Shown here: positions 32,398-34,730 of the stretch, piece after piece
Layout of the letters: the number at the start of each line of letters is the position of its first letter
Numbering within the stretch: position 1 is the first letter of the stretch
Source of the DNA: Octopus sinensis
Taxonomy: Eukaryota
Reading direction: 5' to 3'
Length of the DNA stretch: 34,730 bases
Assembly (NCBI RefSeq): GCF_006345805.1
Contig: NW_021831940.1
Coordinates: 1-34,730 of the forward strand
Notes under the pieces: generated by a model
What the model was told of the DNA's origin: nothing
Seen by the model: the letters and a program-made list of their open reading frames with translations, nothing else
Database searches by the model: none
Position numbers and translations under genes: made by a program

Positions 32398-34730
32398 AAA
32401 CACTTCCAGTGCAGTCATCTGAGAAGAAATACCAGCAACAACCAAGGGTTAAACTTGCAACAGACTGGCATCTCTTTTAGTGGGGTGTCTTCTATCCCCG
32501 GGTGTTGGAATATGTTGGATCCCGAGAGAGACTGCGGCCTAATGGGCCCGAATATCATGTAGAGAATATAACTAAGAAACTACTTCAATGAAGACATTGA
32601 GGCATGCGCAGTCCCGTGTTAGTGTAACATTGATGGAGTGAAAGTAGACATGAACGTGTAGAAGACGAATCTACGTCCGGTGCTTTGATTGGAATGTAGC
32701 TGTTTGTGAGTGGAGGCGCAATGGCCCAGTGGTTAGGGCAGCGGACTCGCGGTCATAGGATCGCGGTTTCGATTCCCAGACCGGGCGTTGTGAGTGTTTA
32801 TTGAGCGAAAACACCTAAAGCTCCACGAGGCTCCGGCAGGGGATGGTGGTGATCCCTGCTGTACTCTTTCACCACAACTTTCTCTCACTCTTACTTCCTG
32901 TTTCTGTTGTACCTGTATTTCAAGGGCCGGCCTTGTCACTCTCTGTGTCACGCTGAATATCCCCGAGAACTACGTTAAGGGTACACGTGTCTGTGGAGTG
33001 CTCAGCCACTTACACGTTAATTTCACGAGCAGGCTGTTCCATTGATTCGGATCAACCGGAACCCTCGTCGTCGTAACCGACAGAGTGCTCATGCAAGGGG
33101 TGGTGGTGATCGTTGCTGTACTCTTTCACCACAACTTTCTCTCACTCTTACTTCCTGTTTCTGTTGTACCTGTATTTCAAAGGGCCGGCCTTGTCACTCT
33201 TTGTGTCACGCTGAATATCCCCGAGAACTACGTTAAGGGTACACGTTTCTGTGGAGTACTCAGCCACTAACACGTTAATTCCACGAGAAGGCTGTTCCGT
33301 TGATTCGGATCAACTGGGACCCTCATCGTCGTAACCGACAGAGTGCTCCTACAGGGGGTGGTGGTGATCCCTGCTGTACTCTTTCACCACAACTTTCTCT
33401 CACTCTTACTTCCTGTTTCTGTTGTACCTGTATTTCAAAGGGCCGGCCTTGTCACTCTCTGTGTCACGCTGAATATCCCCGAGAACTACGTCTCTGTGGA
33501 GTGCTCAGCCACTTACACGTTAATTTCACGAGCAAGCTGTTCCGTTGATTCGGATCAACCGGAACCCTCGTCGTCGTAACCGACGGAGTGCTTCCATTCC
33601 AGTTGTTTGTGAAATGTTGATTACTTGAACAATGACAATTGAATGACCTGATAATACTAATTAGATAAATGATCGTAAATCTAATCAACATGATACATTT
33701 TGCAAGTTTTAACATTTTAGTGGAATGTTTAAAATAACAAATGGAATCAATGCCTCTTCCGGTGGTATTTGATCTTAGTTTGCGGTATTACAGTATTTCA
33801 TCTAGAAAACGAACGGTAGCAACAGATCAGATTTAATCCTTTATTTAACAATTCTAAAGCTTACATTGATAACATTAAATTGGCAAGAAGATAGAATATC
33901 AATATAATTTCAAATCATGCAATATTTTCTGTTTCAAGCCATAGTGAGGCCCTGAAACTCGTTTAAATTACATTATGGTGGATTATACAGTCTCATGCAT
34001 GCATAGTGTTGTATTGAAAGGTACAATTATAGTGTCGTTACAAGGAAGAATATTTTATTTATATATGGAGAAAATATTATTTAATATTATATATGGAGAA
34101 AATATAATTTTATATTATCATATAGAAAAATATTATTCATATTATTATATATGGAGAAAATTTTATTTGTATTATATTAAGAAAATTTTATTTTATTTAT
34201 ATATGGAGAAAATATAATTTTATATTATATATGCAGAAAATATTATTTTATATTATATATGGAGAAAATATCGTTTTATATAGCATAAAATATCATCAAG
34301 ACGATTCTTGGAGGCTCTTTTTCGATTTTCACTCAAAAGTTTGTTTCTGCTGTTCTATCCTCTGTTCCATTACCAGTATTTGAACCTGGAAACATAATGA
34401 AAAAAACATAAAATATAAAAGTTTAAGCACATTAATTACCGGATAGTATGAATTTGTATATATATATATGTTTAATTCTTACTATTTGAACTGTTAGAGC
34501 TGTTTTCGCTATGTATCCAGTACAACCCTTAAACAAGTAAATAATATTTTCCTAAACAATAGATCAACGTATTTCAGTTTGTGACTTATTCACGAATATA
34601 CCATGAACGACGATGCCTTTCATGTTACTTCAGCCAATTGACAAGCGCTGATGGAAGGACGGTTCTGCTTTGAGACAAATACACTGTCAACACAAATGTC
34701 ACATCCTGTTTACATGTAGGAACACTTTCT
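32398..34730 (+). repeat. Copy 2 of the dispersed duplication, interrupted by a SINE; runs off the window end
   Basis: Matches 16494-17923, including the 28-bp minisatellite (~34048-34280). Confidence 0.97.
32710..33603 (+). mobile_element. tRNA-derived SINE with one head and three tandem bodies, flanked by a TSD
   Basis: A-box TGGCCCAGTGG 32722-32, B-box GGTTTCGATTCC 32765-76; ~255-bp body x3 (~32838-33090, 33091-33348, 33349-33592); TGTTTGTGA duplicated at 32701-09 and 33604-12. Confidence 0.93.

Noticed and set aside
32710-32787. tRNA gene
   Set aside because: No proper acceptor stem; continues into a SINE body with a TSD
32838-33592. Retrozyme interpretation of the triplicated SINE body
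   Set aside because: No hammerhead core found on either strand of the unit

Overview
Repeat-dense eukaryotic non-genic DNA; the SINE/LINE content resembles cephalopod (Octopus-like) genomes, judged from recalled repeat families and not from a search. No intact host gene is supported. The window holds decayed retroelements: two RTE-clade LINEs (one near full length), CR1/L2-type LINE pieces, Penelope-like (PLE) fragments, an R4/Dong-like fragment, a Gypsy gag remnant and many tRNA-derived SINEs. It also holds MULE and Helitron remnants, microsatellites and a ~2.4 kb purine tract. The most interesting signals are: (i) two type-I hammerhead ribozyme folds in short modules next to (TA)n tracts, both with the same unusual A/A apposition closing stem II, plus decayed relatives; (ii) a candidate HDV-like ribozyme at the 5' end of the near-full-length RTE; (iii) a ~2.5 kb foldback with PLE-plus-microsatellite arms around a Dong-like spacer; (iv) a >=1.4 kb dispersed duplication giving empty and filled sites for a SINE with one head and three bodies; (v) an RTE with three C-terminal C2H2 fingers. 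All folds and identities were assessed by eye.
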